DNA from: Candidatus Syntropharchaeum butanivorans
GTDB taxonomy: Archaea; Halobacteriota; Syntropharchaeia; Syntropharchaeales; Syntropharchaeaceae
Direction of reading: 5' to 3'
Assembly: GCA_001766825.1 (NCBI GenBank)
Contig: LYOR01000002.1
Coordinates: forward strand, 129,924 to 193,923
DNA: 64,000 nt
Position 1 is the first letter of the stretch, and each line of letters starts with the position of its first letter. A program made the position numbers and the translations under genes. The notes below the pieces were generated by a model. The model made no database searches and was not told the DNA's origin. It saw nothing but the letters and a program-made list of their open reading frames with translations. Positions 46,492 to 56,176 of the stretch are shown in pieces.

Positions 46492-47244
46492 CTAACCAAA
46501 CATCTCAAGAAGTTTATCCTTGATACCCTTGATTGCATCTATCGCCTCTCCTCCTGCATCAAGCGGAGACTTGCCCTCGAGGTCTGCCCTTACAAAGCTC
46601 ACATCATAGGGTATCGACCCAAGGATTGGGACTCCCATCTCTTCTATCTTCTCCCTCACCATATCATCCCCTCCAATGTCCTTGTTGATCACCACGGCGA
46701 CGTTCACAACCCCGATATCAGCCGCAAGCTTCCTGATCCGTGATAGTGTCTCAACGGATCGCATCCCCGGTTCAACAACAACGATCATCAGATCCACGTT
46801 CCTGGTTGTACCTCTCCCGAGATGCTCAATTCCTGCCTCCATATCGAGTATCACAACCCGCTCCTTGAAGATGATGTGTCGAAGAAGCGCCCGTAGAAAC
46901 GCGGATGCAGGACAGACACACCCACTCCCACCAAGTTCGATCGTTCCCATCGTGAGAAGCCTGACCCCATCCTCGTTCTTAACCCCATACTTGTCGAGGA
47001 TGTCATTCACCTTGGGGTTTAGCTTGAATATCCCCCCGGGCTCGCCTGCACGCTCTGCTATGAGATCTTCAAGCTTTGAGATTGGCGTTGGATTCTCCTT
47101 AAGGCCAAGAGCTGATGCGAGATTCATGTCAGGATCTGCATCGATCGCAACAACATCTTCTCCTTCCTGTGCAAGGAGCCTTGCAAGCGTTCCTGCCAGG
47201 GTTGTCTTACCCACTCCCCCTTTTCCGGTTATCGCGATCTTCAT
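46492..47244 (-). CDS. cooC: CooC-type nickel-insertion accessory ATPase
   Basis: GKGGVGKTT, GGSGCVCPASAFLRALL and DMEAGIEHLGRG. Confidence 0.85.
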   Translation of the reverse strand: MKIAITGKGGVGKTTLAGTLARLLAQEGEDVVAIDADPDMNLASALGLKENPTPISKLEDLIAERAGEPGGIFKLNPKVNDILDKYGVKNEDGVRLLTMGTIELGGSGCVCPASAFLRALLRHIIFKERVVILDMEAGIEHLGRGTTRNVDLMIVVVEPGMRSVETLSRIRKLAADIGVVNVAVVINKDIGGDDMVREKIEEMGVPILGSIPYDVSFVRADLEGKSPLDAGGEAIDAIKGIKDKLLEMFG

Positions 47245-47310
47245 GGGAATAGTATATGAAGGCGGATGGATAAAAAAGAGATGGTTCAGGGAGGGGAGCG
47301 AGAGATACCC

Positions 47311-47670
47311 TCACTTTACGAGAAGGGGGGTTATAACGATCTTTGCCATCATTACCATCGCACCGAGCATGCCGACATGGTGTATGATCCGCGTTGTCTC
47401 ACCTCCACCCATTGTCCCGAGTATCTGGGCGTCGATCGCGACAGATAGACAGATGAACGTCAGCCCTAAGTAGAGGAGCGTGATGTGCCTGGTCTTATCA
47501 TACGCGAGAAAACTTGCACCGACAACGACAATGCAGATTGCAAGCTCAAGCGCACTCGACCACAGCTCCCACATCGATGCTTCATCCTCTGCAGCAGATG
47601 CTACCCCTGCAAGCAGGAGCAACCCTAAAAGCACCATGGCCGGAACAATCTGTTTCCCGATCCTGATCAC
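47311..47670 (-). CDS. Small membrane protein (signal peptide + 3 TM)
   Basis: Hydrophobic profile. It starts 15 nt downstream of the 441-aa gene. Confidence 0.45.
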   Translation of the reverse strand: MIRIGKQIVPAMVLLGLLLLAGVASAAEDEASMWELWSSALELAICIVVVGASFLAYDKTRHITLLYLGLTFICLSVAIDAQILGTMGGGETTRIIHHVGMLGAMVMMAKIVITPLLVK

Positions 47671-47685
47671 CTCCTTTTAATTAGT

Positions 47686-49011
47686 TCAGAAATCAAATGC
47701 ATCCGCGAGCTTATCCTCAAATCTCTTCTTCTTTCCCTTTACCCCCATATTCATAACGACATTCAATGGGAGTGTGATCTTGATGCCATTAGAATCTAAT
47801 TCTTCTGTGATCTCCCTTTCAAGCAGGGCTGCAAGCTCAGCATCGTTCAGATGCTTGAGCTTTGAGAGAAGTCCAAATTCATACCAGACATAGACATTTA
47901 TCGCCTCATTTATCACAACAGATGTGCTCAGGATCTTGATCCGGTTCTTTTTTCCAAAGACCTGTATCTCCCGGCTTATAAGTCCACCGAGCCTCTCATG
48001 ATCATCCTCTTCTGTGTTATCCTGAGATCTTGAGGTCCCCTCCTCAACGCCGGGGGCATCAGAATCCGGCTTATCCATCAGCATGTGGCCTAAACCTTCA
48101 CTCTCAATCACATCTTTGAGCGAGTCGATATCAAGATCCAGCTTCAGATCCTGGAAGACGTCAACGATCTCAGGGGATTCATCCTCCCTCATTTCCTCTA
48201 TTTTGAACCTCTCCCGGTACTCGTGCTTGTTCTCAGATCCTATTGGGGATGCAATTACTAAAATCTCTCCTTCTCCAGGCTTTTCAGGTACAAACTCAAT
48301 TTCCTGGAACTTTCCAACCTCAATCATGCGTATAAATGATTTCTGCTCTTCACCATCGATTGAGATTTTTATGTCAAGGTCGAATATCTCACCATCATCC
48401 TCGCACTCTACCTGGATGAGAAATGAAATAACATCTCCAACAAAGCACCTGGACTCTCCGATATCTATCTTTATCCTGAACTCCTCCTCCGGGGTCTCTT
48501 CCTGCTGGACCTCATCATCTTGGGGGGTATCATCAGAGGCGGCCCTGTCATCGCGATCCCAGTCAAGGAGAAGATATGGCCTGCCTTTTGAGTCTATGGC
48601 AAGTACACCGTCCCCCCACGTATCGATGATTGTACCTTTCCCCTCCTCAAGCTCGGTTATGATACTGATCATATCTTCCATTAGGGTGAAGAGTGAGTCC
48701 TTGTTCCACTTCTTCACGAGTGACATCTCATGTGGCTGGAGTGCGCATATATCAAACCATCCCTTCTTACACCTGAGGAAGTTCTTGCATGCATCCCAGC
48801 CATTTATCGTCGAATCACTGGATTCCTCTGATGATCCAATGATTTTTCCGTTCTCTATGAGGAGGTACTTATCCACAAAACCATCATCTGCGGTGGATAT
48901 CCTCACGTAACCGGTGAAATCATCCATTATCAGGTCATAAATGATTTTTCCAAGGTCGTAATCCTCTATTCTTGCATTTTTCTTTATGAATTCACCAGTT
49001 AAAAGGTCCAA
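47686..49011 (-). CDS. 441-aa acidic protein with PATAN/DUF4388-like N-domain and Ig-like middle domain
   Basis: The N-terminus is IEDYDLGKIIYDLIMDDFTGYVRISTADDG...LLIENGKIIGS...INGWDACKNFL. This fits the pattern of PATAN domains that accompany Roadblock/MglB proteins. The TTG start lies 3 nt after the upstream stop. Confidence 0.5.
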   Translation of the reverse strand: MDLLTGEFIKKNARIEDYDLGKIIYDLIMDDFTGYVRISTADDGFVDKYLLIENGKIIGSSEESSDSTINGWDACKNFLRCKKGWFDICALQPHEMSLVKKWNKDSLFTLMEDMISIITELEEGKGTIIDTWGDGVLAIDSKGRPYLLLDWDRDDRAASDDTPQDDEVQQEETPEEEFRIKIDIGESRCFVGDVISFLIQVECEDDGEIFDLDIKISIDGEEQKSFIRMIEVGKFQEIEFVPEKPGEGEILVIASPIGSENKHEYRERFKIEEMREDESPEIVDVFQDLKLDLDIDSLKDVIESEGLGHMLMDKPDSDAPGVEEGTSRSQDNTEEDDHERLGGLISREIQVFGKKNRIKILSTSVVINEAINVYVWYEFGLLSKLKHLNDAELAALLEREITEELDSNGIKITLPLNVVMNMGVKGKKKRFEDKLADAFDF

Positions 49012-49014
49012 CGC

Positions 49015-49359
49015 TCAGCCCCCCATAAGATAGGATCTAAGCTCAGGTATTGCACCTTTCACAGCCATCCTGACCATTCCAAGATTCACATCTTTATCTG
49101 TCAGCACAGCCACACCCCCTTCCTCCAGTGGAAGGGCTATCATCTTCCTGTTGTCCATCTCAAGCATGACAAACTCACATTTTGAATTGAGCCCATCTGA
49201 TACCTTCTGTGAATAGTTTATGAGATCCTGAGCGTAGGCATACAGCTCCTCTTCATCCAGACTCGTTGACGTGAGTGTATCGATAGGGATTCCATGCAGA
49301 AAGAGCCCGCAGGCGAGAACCCCATCAATCTTTATCAGGTCCTCGAGCCTCTTGATGAT
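49015..49359 (-). CDS. Roadblock/LC7 (MglB-like) domain protein 2, no canonical start codon, not in ORF track
   Basis: Hand translation gives IIKRLEDLIKIDGVLACGLFLHGIPIDTLTSTSLDEEELYAYAQDLINYSQKVSDGLNSKCEFVMLEMDNRKMIALPLEEGGVAVLTDKDVNLGMVRMAVKGAIPELRSYLMGG*. The frame is open 49018-49365. A GAGAGGTGAT SD lies 5 nt before ATC 49359. There is no ATG, GTG or TTG until the middle of the domain. Confidence 0.6.
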   Translation of the reverse strand: MIKRLEDLIKIDGVLACGLFLHGIPIDTLTSTSLDEEELYAYAQDLINYSQKVSDGLNSKCEFVMLEMDNRKMIALPLEEGGVAVLTDKDVNLGMVRMAVKGAIPELRSYLMGG

Positions 49360-49423
49360 ATTTGATCACCTCTCTCAGCTTAAAGTAAGAGAGATGGGTA
49401 CTATCCCACCCCCTCCCATCTTT

Positions 49424-49783
49424 TTAGTGAAGCTCCTTCTGCACAAGTGGTAGTGCTTTCTTCATCTCAAGTCGGGCCTTCCCCAGGTTACCGTTCGCAG
49501 CAAGTGCAATCCCTATCCAGTACTCCTCATCAAGAGGCCTCATGAAGAAGATCGCGGCATCTGCCATCGTCATCGACTCTTTAACCTTCCCGGCACCGGC
49601 ATCCTCCATCATCTTCTTGGCATAGGTGAGACCCATTGCCGCTGAGGCAACCGACTCCTCCATCGGGAAGTTCGGGTCGGTCTGAGCTGTTGCAACCGGC
49701 ATACCGTCAAACCCTGCAACAGCGATTCCTATTGAGCCATCTACATTCTTCAGCACATCATTCAGTATTCGCTCTAAAGCCAT
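49424..49783 (-). CDS. Roadblock/LC7 (MglB-like) domain protein 1
   Basis: MALERILNDVLKNVDGSIGIAVAGFDGMPVA... The ATG at 49783 has a G-rich SD. Confidence 0.7.
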   Translation of the reverse strand: MALERILNDVLKNVDGSIGIAVAGFDGMPVATAQTDPNFPMEESVASAAMGLTYAKKMMEDAGAGKVKESMTMADAAIFFMRPLDEEYWIGIALAANGNLGKARLEMKKALPLVQKELH

Positions 49784-49936
49784 TTCAACCCCCCCCTTCC
49801 GGTTCTTGGTTGGTGTATATTTATTACTAAATTTATCTATAAAAGCCTTTTGCAAGTAGTTAAAAACCTTTAGACAACAAAAAATAACATTAAAACACTT
49901 CAAATAACATCAAATTAAAATCGAGAAAAAATTGTG

Positions 49937-50395
49937 TTAGCTCTCATCCTTGTAAGATTTACCCAGTAACCATACCTCCACGTCCCTGATCCCCGGGACC
50001 TCCATGATCAGATCATAAAGACGTCTCAGGTCCTCGTAGCTTCTGAACCTGCACTGGAGGAGGATGCGAAACGTTCCTGTGGTTACATCCCAGATATCAG
50101 ATACAATCTCTTCATCTTTAAGCCTCGTGATCAGGGTGTTGAGAGCATTGGTCGGGCATGCTATCCCTATGAATCCAAAAAACTCATATCCGAGCTTTTT
50201 CCAGTCTATTCTCGGTACATACCTCGATATAACGCCCCTCTCCTCCAGTTTGGTAACCCTCAGGTTGGCTGTGCTCCTCGGAATCCCAAGCTCATTCGCA
50301 AGCTGGGTAAGCCGTGCCCCCACACCCTTTCCCTCAAGCATCTTCTGAAGAACCTGTCTGTCAAGCTCATCGATATTGCCCTTCATCCAACCCAC
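49937..50395 (-). CDS. Lrp/AsnC-family transcriptional regulator
   Basis: HTH segment RLTQLANELGIPRSTANLRVTKLEERGVI, plus a RAM-like C-domain. Confidence 0.8.
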   Translation of the reverse strand: MGWMKGNIDELDRQVLQKMLEGKGVGARLTQLANELGIPRSTANLRVTKLEERGVISRYVPRIDWKKLGYEFFGFIGIACPTNALNTLITRLKDEEIVSDIWDVTTGTFRILLQCRFRSYEDLRRLYDLIMEVPGIRDVEVWLLGKSYKDES

Positions 50396-50430
50396 CTGTT
50401 ATTCTTCTAAAAAGTAGATGTAATCAACGT

Positions 50431-50730
50431 TTATTTACTTTTCTTATTCGAGCGCATCAGGACCGCAAGGTCCACATCAAAATCTTCAATTTTGCTTTCT
50501 ATTGTGATATCTACCATATCTCCTTTCTTGAGCTTGAGAATCTCTCTAATCTCGATCGGGATAGTGATTCTATTATTTGCGATCACGGGTTTGATGAAGG
50601 TGTGATTCTTTATCGCGCACTTTAACTTGTCATTCTGGCGTATATCAAACCTCTTGATAATATCCTTTGGTATTGTGATCTTGCCCCCCTCAAGGATCTT
50701 TTTTGTGATCACCCTATTTATCTCGATCAT
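50431..50730 (-). CDS. Tandem AbrB/SpoVT-type (looped-hinge helix) DNA-binding protein
   Basis: Two repeats: GKITIPKDIIKRFDIRQNDKL and NRITIPIEIREILKLKKGDMV. Confidence 0.6.
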   Translation of the reverse strand: MIEINRVITKKILEGGKITIPKDIIKRFDIRQNDKLKCAIKNHTFIKPVIANNRITIPIEIREILKLKKGDMVDITIESKIEDFDVDLAVLMRSNKKSK

Positions 50731-50804
50731 GATCCTACCTTCTCGCCGTGGTATATTTAAGCTTTTTGTATCATAAAGAAGGCCCCTGTTTGAAGTAGGT
50801 TATT

Positions 50805-51989
50805 CTAAACACCATACATCCTGTAGTATCCTATGTAGTCTGCAATGATTGGCATCAGATCAACACCTCGTATCCTACCAAGCCCCCCTTCACCACAGGA
50901 GACCTCATCGAAGCGTTCAACACGATCCACCCTCACCCCTTCACCATGGATTAAGACCGGTACAGGATCGCTGCTGTGGCGCCTGATTGAGACCGGGGTT
51001 GAGTGGTCTGCGGTCAGGATAATATAACCGTCAAGACCGATAAGCTTTCCGATGAGCTCCTCATCGATCCGCTCGATGAATACTTTCTTGCCCTCCCAGT
51101 CACCATCGTGTCCCCTGCTGTCAGCTGCTTTTACATGCACGAATCCAAGATCGTATCCTTCGATTCTTGAGAGTAAAGCATCTGCCTTTGCTCCGAGGTC
51201 TGTATCCACGCTGCCTGTCGCACCCTCAACCTCGATCACATCCATCCCCAAAAACTTTGCAACACCCTTATAGAGCGCGGACCCCGCCACACAGAATGAT
51301 CTGAAGCCATACCTCTCTTTCAGGGATGGAACTCTTCTGAACATGCCCGCACCCCGTGTGAGAAGGATATTTGCAGGAGTCTGGTACTCGCTCAATATCT
51401 CATAAGATCTCTTCACAAACTTATTGAGTAAATCTGCAGTCCTCCTCGCCTCCTCTGATTCATCAAGTGGTTTTGACTCAAGAACACGACCTGGTCCATG
51501 GGGATCAACATCAGATATCGCACTTGATAGTCCTCTACCACGCATGACGAGCGCGCAGCGATGCTCTGTTGTATGCTTCACGATGAACCTCACACCATCG
51601 ATCTCCATCCCAAGTGCCTCTGCAAGCTCTCGTGAACCAGACCTGCGAGCTCTTCTATCAAGGATGGTCCAGTCCCTGTCCACAGTTGCAAAGTTCGCTC
51701 TGAATGCAATATCCCCCTCCTCAAGCTCGATGCCTCCTCCAAGAGCCTCGAATGGCCCTCTACCAGGGTAATCATTATATGGATCCCCCCCAAGAATTGC
51801 AAGGTGGGCTGTATCACTCCCGGGGACCACACCAGGGGATATCGCATCCATCAGCCCACATATCCCATTTCTGGCCAGATAATCCATATTCGGTGTTTCG
51901 GCCGCTGAAAGTGGTGTTAATTTTCCCCGATCTGAGAGTCCATCACAGATTACAAGCACCGCCCTCTTATGCTCGTCCATCTCAGCCAT
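50805..51989 (-). CDS. apgM: 2,3-bisphosphoglycerate-independent phosphoglycerate mutase, archaeal type
   Basis: VLVICDGLSD..., VHVKAADSRGHDG and TADHSTP. I chose the ATG at 51989. Confidence 0.85.
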   Translation of the reverse strand: MAEMDEHKRAVLVICDGLSDRGKLTPLSAAETPNMDYLARNGICGLMDAISPGVVPGSDTAHLAILGGDPYNDYPGRGPFEALGGGIELEEGDIAFRANFATVDRDWTILDRRARRSGSRELAEALGMEIDGVRFIVKHTTEHRCALVMRGRGLSSAISDVDPHGPGRVLESKPLDESEEARRTADLLNKFVKRSYEILSEYQTPANILLTRGAGMFRRVPSLKERYGFRSFCVAGSALYKGVAKFLGMDVIEVEGATGSVDTDLGAKADALLSRIEGYDLGFVHVKAADSRGHDGDWEGKKVFIERIDEELIGKLIGLDGYIILTADHSTPVSIRRHSSDPVPVLIHGEGVRVDRVERFDEVSCGEGGLGRIRGVDLMPIIADYIGYYRMYGV

Positions 51990-52000
51990 AAAGATCACAA

Positions 52001-52074
52001 CGGGCCGGAAGGGATTTGAACCCCTGACCTACGGGTTAAGAGCCCGTCGCTCTGCCTAACTAAGCTACCGGCCC
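52001..52074 (-). tRNA. tRNA-Lys (anticodon CTT)
   Basis: The minus-strand sequence is GGGCCGGTAGCTTAGTTAGGCAGAGCGACGGGCTCTTAACCCGTAGGTCAGGGGTTCAAATCCCTTCCGGCCCG. It has a 7-bp acceptor stem, anticodon stem ACGGG/CCCGT with loop CTCTTAA, and T-loop GTTCAAATC. No CCA is encoded. A TATA-like agatatataagg lies ~35 nt upstream. Confidence 0.9.
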
Positions 52075-52147
52075 AGTTACTCCTATCAACCTCACCCCAC
52101 CTTATATATCTTGCTGTTAGCAGATAGAGTATCATCTCATTACCCGC

Positions 52148-53203
52148 TCAGGTTTTCTCCTTACTGTACCTCTCCCATGCTTCCTTCATGGGCTCTGTCA
52201 TGATCGGCTCCTCTTCAATCAACCCTTGGGGTCTGAAGAGGAGTATGAGAAGCATGAGGATCCCGAATATGATATATTCGAGCCATACGGTCTCAAATGG
52301 TAGATTGAAGAGATCCTTTATCTCGTACTTGTATGTCATAAGAAGTATCTTGATGAGGACGAAGGAGATTGTTCCGGCCACAACTCCTTTCTTGTTTCCA
52401 GCCCCGCCAAGAAGAACCATGAGAAAAGGATAGAAGGTCCACTCAACCCTGCCAAATCCAGTTGCGATAACATTCAGGGTATACAGCGAATATAAAGCTC
52501 CTGCGACCGCCGCAATCGATGAACCGAGTGCAACAGTTCTTATCCTGATCCACATTACGTCCCTCCCACATGCCCTTACAACCTCTTCATCCTCTCTCAT
52601 GGCTTTAAGGAGCCTGCCGTAAGGGGAACTCAGGATTCGATCTGTGATAAAATAGATTACAGTAGCTGTAAAGATGAGAAGAAGAGCAAAAAGAGGCTCT
52701 CTCCATTCTCCCGGTGCCCATGCAAATATATCGGGGACCGAAACCCCGTAGTACCCCCCGATTATACGAGGATTGCAGTATGAGACCATGAAAAGAACTT
52801 CACTTATCGCAAGCAGTGTTATTGCAAGATAGTCTTCAGAGAGCCTTGCGCTTGGAAGGATGAAGAGTGCACCGGTGAGAGCGCCGAGGGCTGCTGCAAG
52901 AAGGATGACAAGAAGAAAAAGGGCAACTCCGATGAGGGGGTCTTTTGATATAAGCTCATTCATGAGGCTCTTAACCTCCCCACTTGCATAAATTATATCC
53001 CCGTTTATTCCGAGCACCAGCATAATCACCCTGTTTACAAATGCACCAACTGCAATTGCCCCTACCAGAACTGCAAGTGCCCTTCCAAAGTTGGGTATAC
53101 CCCCAAACCCATACTCGATATTGAGGCTCAGGGATACGATAAGATAAAGGGCGAACCAGATGAGGATGCTTAAGGCGATATGCTCAAGCGAGATGCTACC
53201 CAC
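52148..53203 (-). CDS. livM: Branched-chain amino acid ABC transporter permease (LivM type)
   Basis: Polytopic, with LivM-like motifs. It overlaps livH by 8 nt. Confidence 0.8.
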   Translation of the reverse strand: MGSISLEHIALSILIWFALYLIVSLSLNIEYGFGGIPNFGRALAVLVGAIAVGAFVNRVIMLVLGINGDIIYASGEVKSLMNELISKDPLIGVALFLLVILLAAALGALTGALFILPSARLSEDYLAITLLAISEVLFMVSYCNPRIIGGYYGVSVPDIFAWAPGEWREPLFALLLIFTATVIYFITDRILSSPYGRLLKAMREDEEVVRACGRDVMWIRIRTVALGSSIAAVAGALYSLYTLNVIATGFGRVEWTFYPFLMVLLGGAGNKKGVVAGTISFVLIKILLMTYKYEIKDLFNLPFETVWLEYIIFGILMLLILLFRPQGLIEEEPIMTEPMKEAWERYSKEKT

Positions 53204-54119
53204 CTCCCTCCTTTACTCCCCTTGCCCTCCTCCATTTGACCCCCACAAGACCTTCTGGAGCTATAAGAAGCATTATTGTAAGGATCAGAAGTGATACAAC
53301 CTTTCCATAGAGGAGTATTCCAGATCCAAAGATCGTTGAAAGCCCGTATGTTATGAGCGATTCTGAAAGCCCGATAACATATCCACCAATGATGGCACCG
53401 AAGATGCTCGATAGGCCTCCGACGATGCTTGCTGCAAAGATCGATACAATGATTATGGCCCCTGTTGCAGGGACGATCTCCTGTCTGAATGGAAGAAGTG
53501 ACCCAGCAATGGCAGCAAGCGATCCTGAGAGTGCCCATGAGAAGGCCCTCGTGTACTCGAGGTTGATTCCCATTATCTCGGCAAGTGAGGGATTCTCCAT
53601 AGAAGCCCTGAGTGCGATCCCAAATTTTGTCCTGTAGAGAAGAATAAGGAGTGATGATATCAAAAGGAGGATAACAAGGGTAGAGGTTGCAAATATCCCG
53701 GAAATCCCGAGTACATCACGATCAAGTGGTGTGAAGATGAACTTTGATGCACCTCTTCCGCTTATACTTCCAAGAATCCCTGAGTATGCCCCAATTAGCC
53801 CGAGAAGTACAAGATCAAGGGCAAGGGTTGCGATCATGAGGATGACGGTGGTTGCACCCCTTCTTATGAGAGGTCTCAGAATAACCGCATACGTCCCAAC
53901 TCCAAGAAGAGACCCTGCCATGAAGGTGAGGGGGATTGAGTAATAAGGATGAAGCCCAGTGAGTCTCAGAAGGGTGAGAGAGATGTATGAACCAAAGACC
54001 GCAAATGTGCCCTGGGCAAAGTTTGGGACACCTGTTGTTATATAAGTAAGTGTAAGGCCGAGTGCAAGAAGGACGAGGAGGTTTGAGTAGACGAGGGCGC
54101 CTTCGACCACTGTCATCAT
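53196..54119 (-). CDS. livH: Branched-chain amino acid ABC transporter permease (LivH type)
   Basis: GVPNFAQGTFAVFGSY and a polytopic profile. Confidence 0.8.
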   Translation of the reverse strand: MMTVVEGALVYSNLLVLLALGLTLTYITTGVPNFAQGTFAVFGSYISLTLLRLTGLHPYYSIPLTFMAGSLLGVGTYAVILRPLIRRGATTVILMIATLALDLVLLGLIGAYSGILGSISGRGASKFIFTPLDRDVLGISGIFATSTLVILLLISSLLILLYRTKFGIALRASMENPSLAEIMGINLEYTRAFSWALSGSLAAIAGSLLPFRQEIVPATGAIIIVSIFAASIVGGLSSIFGAIIGGYVIGLSESLITYGLSTIFGSGILLYGKVVSLLILTIMLLIAPEGLVGVKWRRARGVKEGGG

Positions 54120-54174
54120 ACCTCTGGATATAACCTGAAAATCTTTTTAAAGCTTGGCATTATATCGAAATAAC

Positions 54175-55434
54175 ATGCAAAAAGCTGGGATTATACTGGT
54201 ATGTTTGGTGGTGATATCCGCCCTTTCTGGGTGTGTCGGTGAAGAAAAAATGGGCGAGAATGGGGCCAAGGAGATCCCGATCGGGCTTCTTGTAGACCTC
54301 TCTGGACCGCTTATGACATATGGTGAGGACATAAAGAATGCTGTTACGATCGCATCAGAGGACATAAACAGCTACTTCGAGGAGAACGGCAGACCATACC
54401 GGGTGAAGGTGTATGTCGAGGATACGAAGGTCGATCCAAAGATCGCACTTGACAAGGTTATGACCCTCCATGGAAAAGGTATCAAGCTCATAGTAGGTCC
54501 CATGGGGAGCGGTGAGGTTAAGCAGATCGCAGAGTATGTCATAGCGAACGATATCATCATCGTCTCTCCTTCGTCGACCGCAGCACCTGAGCTTCTCGGC
54601 ATCACAAAACCTGAGGAGAAGAGGTACATATTCAGGTTCGTCGCGCTCGATACATTCCAGACAAAGGCAATTGCAAAGGAGCTTGATGAGCTTGGGATAA
54701 AGGCGGTTTGCATCGTTAACATCGGAAACGGATGGGGAAAGGGGCTTAAGGATTATATTATCCCCGAGCTTGAGGGCTATGGAATAGAGGTCAAGGACAC
54801 GATCGAATATCCAGATCCCGCGCCTGCAGACTTCACACCGTACATAGCAACACTTGAGAACGATATCAGCGACCTTACAGAGAGCTATGAACTGAGCGAG
54901 ATCGGTGTTGTTGTCTTCAGCTATGAGGAGGCATACACCATGCTCTCACAGGTTAAGGACGACTCAATCCTGCTTGATGTGAGGTGGATCGGGTGTGATG
55001 GAACCGCAAAGAGCGATAAGGTGATGGATGTATGTGATAAGGCAGATGCTGTTGGCTTCTACAGTACGGTATTTGAGTCAAAGGGCGAGGCATATGATAA
55101 CCTGAATGAGACGTTCTATGAAAGATACGGGAAGACACCATACCAGTACGGTCTGAATGCCTACGATGCAACGTGGGTTCTTGCACTTGCATATGCAGAG
55201 CTTTCTGAGAGCGGCAGGGAGTACTCGGCCTCTGAGATGAGCAGAACCATAAAGGATGTTACAGAGAAGTACAGCAAAGGAGAATATGGCCAAGAGACCG
55301 TGAGCGGTTATATCACTCTCGATGAGTACAATGACAGAGCGTCCGGTGATTATGCAATCTTCAAGGTCGAGAACTGTACCTGGAAGGAGGTGGGTATCTG
55401 GAGGTATGAGACCGGCGAGATACGCTGGAAATGA
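54175..55434 (+). CDS. Branched-chain amino acid ABC transporter substrate-binding lipoprotein (LivK/LivJ type)
   Basis: Lipobox LSGCVG and a type I periplasmic binding fold pattern (IGLLVDLSGP...). I chose the ATG at 54175. Confidence 0.75.
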   Translation: MQKAGIILVCLVVISALSGCVGEEKMGENGAKEIPIGLLVDLSGPLMTYGEDIKNAVTIASEDINSYFEENGRPYRVKVYVEDTKVDPKIALDKVMTLHGKGIKLIVGPMGSGEVKQIAEYVIANDIIIVSPSSTAAPELLGITKPEEKRYIFRFVALDTFQTKAIAKELDELGIKAVCIVNIGNGWGKGLKDYIIPELEGYGIEVKDTIEYPDPAPADFTPYIATLENDISDLTESYELSEIGVVVFSYEEAYTMLSQVKDDSILLDVRWIGCDGTAKSDKVMDVCDKADAVGFYSTVFESKGEAYDNLNETFYERYGKTPYQYGLNAYDATWVLALAYAELSESGREYSASEMSRTIKDVTEKYSKGEYGQETVSGYITLDEYNDRASGDYAIFKVENCTWKEVGIWRYETGEIRWK

Positions 55435-56176
55435 GCTTCTGAAGGTTGATAAAGTCTCAAAACAGTTTGAGGGGGTCAGAGCCCTTGATGAGGTGACACT
55501 CTCGCTTAAGAGGGGTGATATCACCCTTCTCATCGGACCCAATGGGAGTGGTAAGAGCACGCTTATCGGGGTGATAACCGGGTTTCACAGGGCAGATAGC
55601 GGGAGAGTACTCTTTAGAGGGGAGGATATAACCGCTCTACCCCCTCATGCTATATATGGTCTCGGGATTGCAAGGACATTCCAGATACCAAGGCCATTGA
55701 AGAGGCTCACACTCCTTGAGAACCTCATGATAGCCAGGGCCACACCTGGTGAGGGTATCCTGAGGGGTTTTATGGGAGGGTGGTTTGAAAAGGAGGGTGA
55801 AATTGCAGAGAGGGCATTCAAGCTTCTCGAGTTTCTAAACCTGGAGCATTTATGGGACCATCCTGCTTCGGATCTCAGTGGAGGACAGCTTAAGCTTCTT
55901 GAGGTTGGAAGGGCACTTATGAGCGGTGTAGAACTTTTAATAATGGATGAACCCTTTGCAGGGGTTGCGCCAGGGCTTTCAGGTAGGCTGCTTGATCGGC
56001 TAAGAGAGCTTAAGAGACTTGGCCTCACGATTCTTCTCATTGAACACAGGCTCGATCTTGTTGTAAGCTATGTGGATAGGGTCTATGTGCTCGCTGATGG
56101 GAAGGTAATCGCAGAGGGGAGTGCAGGTGATGTACTCAAAAATCCGGATGTTGCGGAGGTGTACTTAGGTGCTTAG
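55406..56176 (+). CDS. livG: Branched-chain amino acid ABC transporter ATP-binding protein (LivG type)
   Basis: [16 protein letters not shown] and LIMDEP. The start is reassigned to the ATG at 55406. Confidence 0.85.
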   Translation: MRPARYAGNELLKVDKVSKQFEGVRALDEVTLSLKRGDITLLIGPNGSGKSTLIGVITGFHRADSGRVLFRGEDITALPPHAIYGLGIARTFQIPRPLKRLTLLENLMIARATPGEGILRGFMGGWFEKEGEIAERAFKLLEFLNLEHLWDHPASDLSGGQLKLLEVGRALMSGVELLIMDEPFAGVAPGLSGRLLDRLRELKRLGLTILLIEHRLDLVVSYVDRVYVLADGKVIAEGSAGDVLKNPDVAEVYLGA

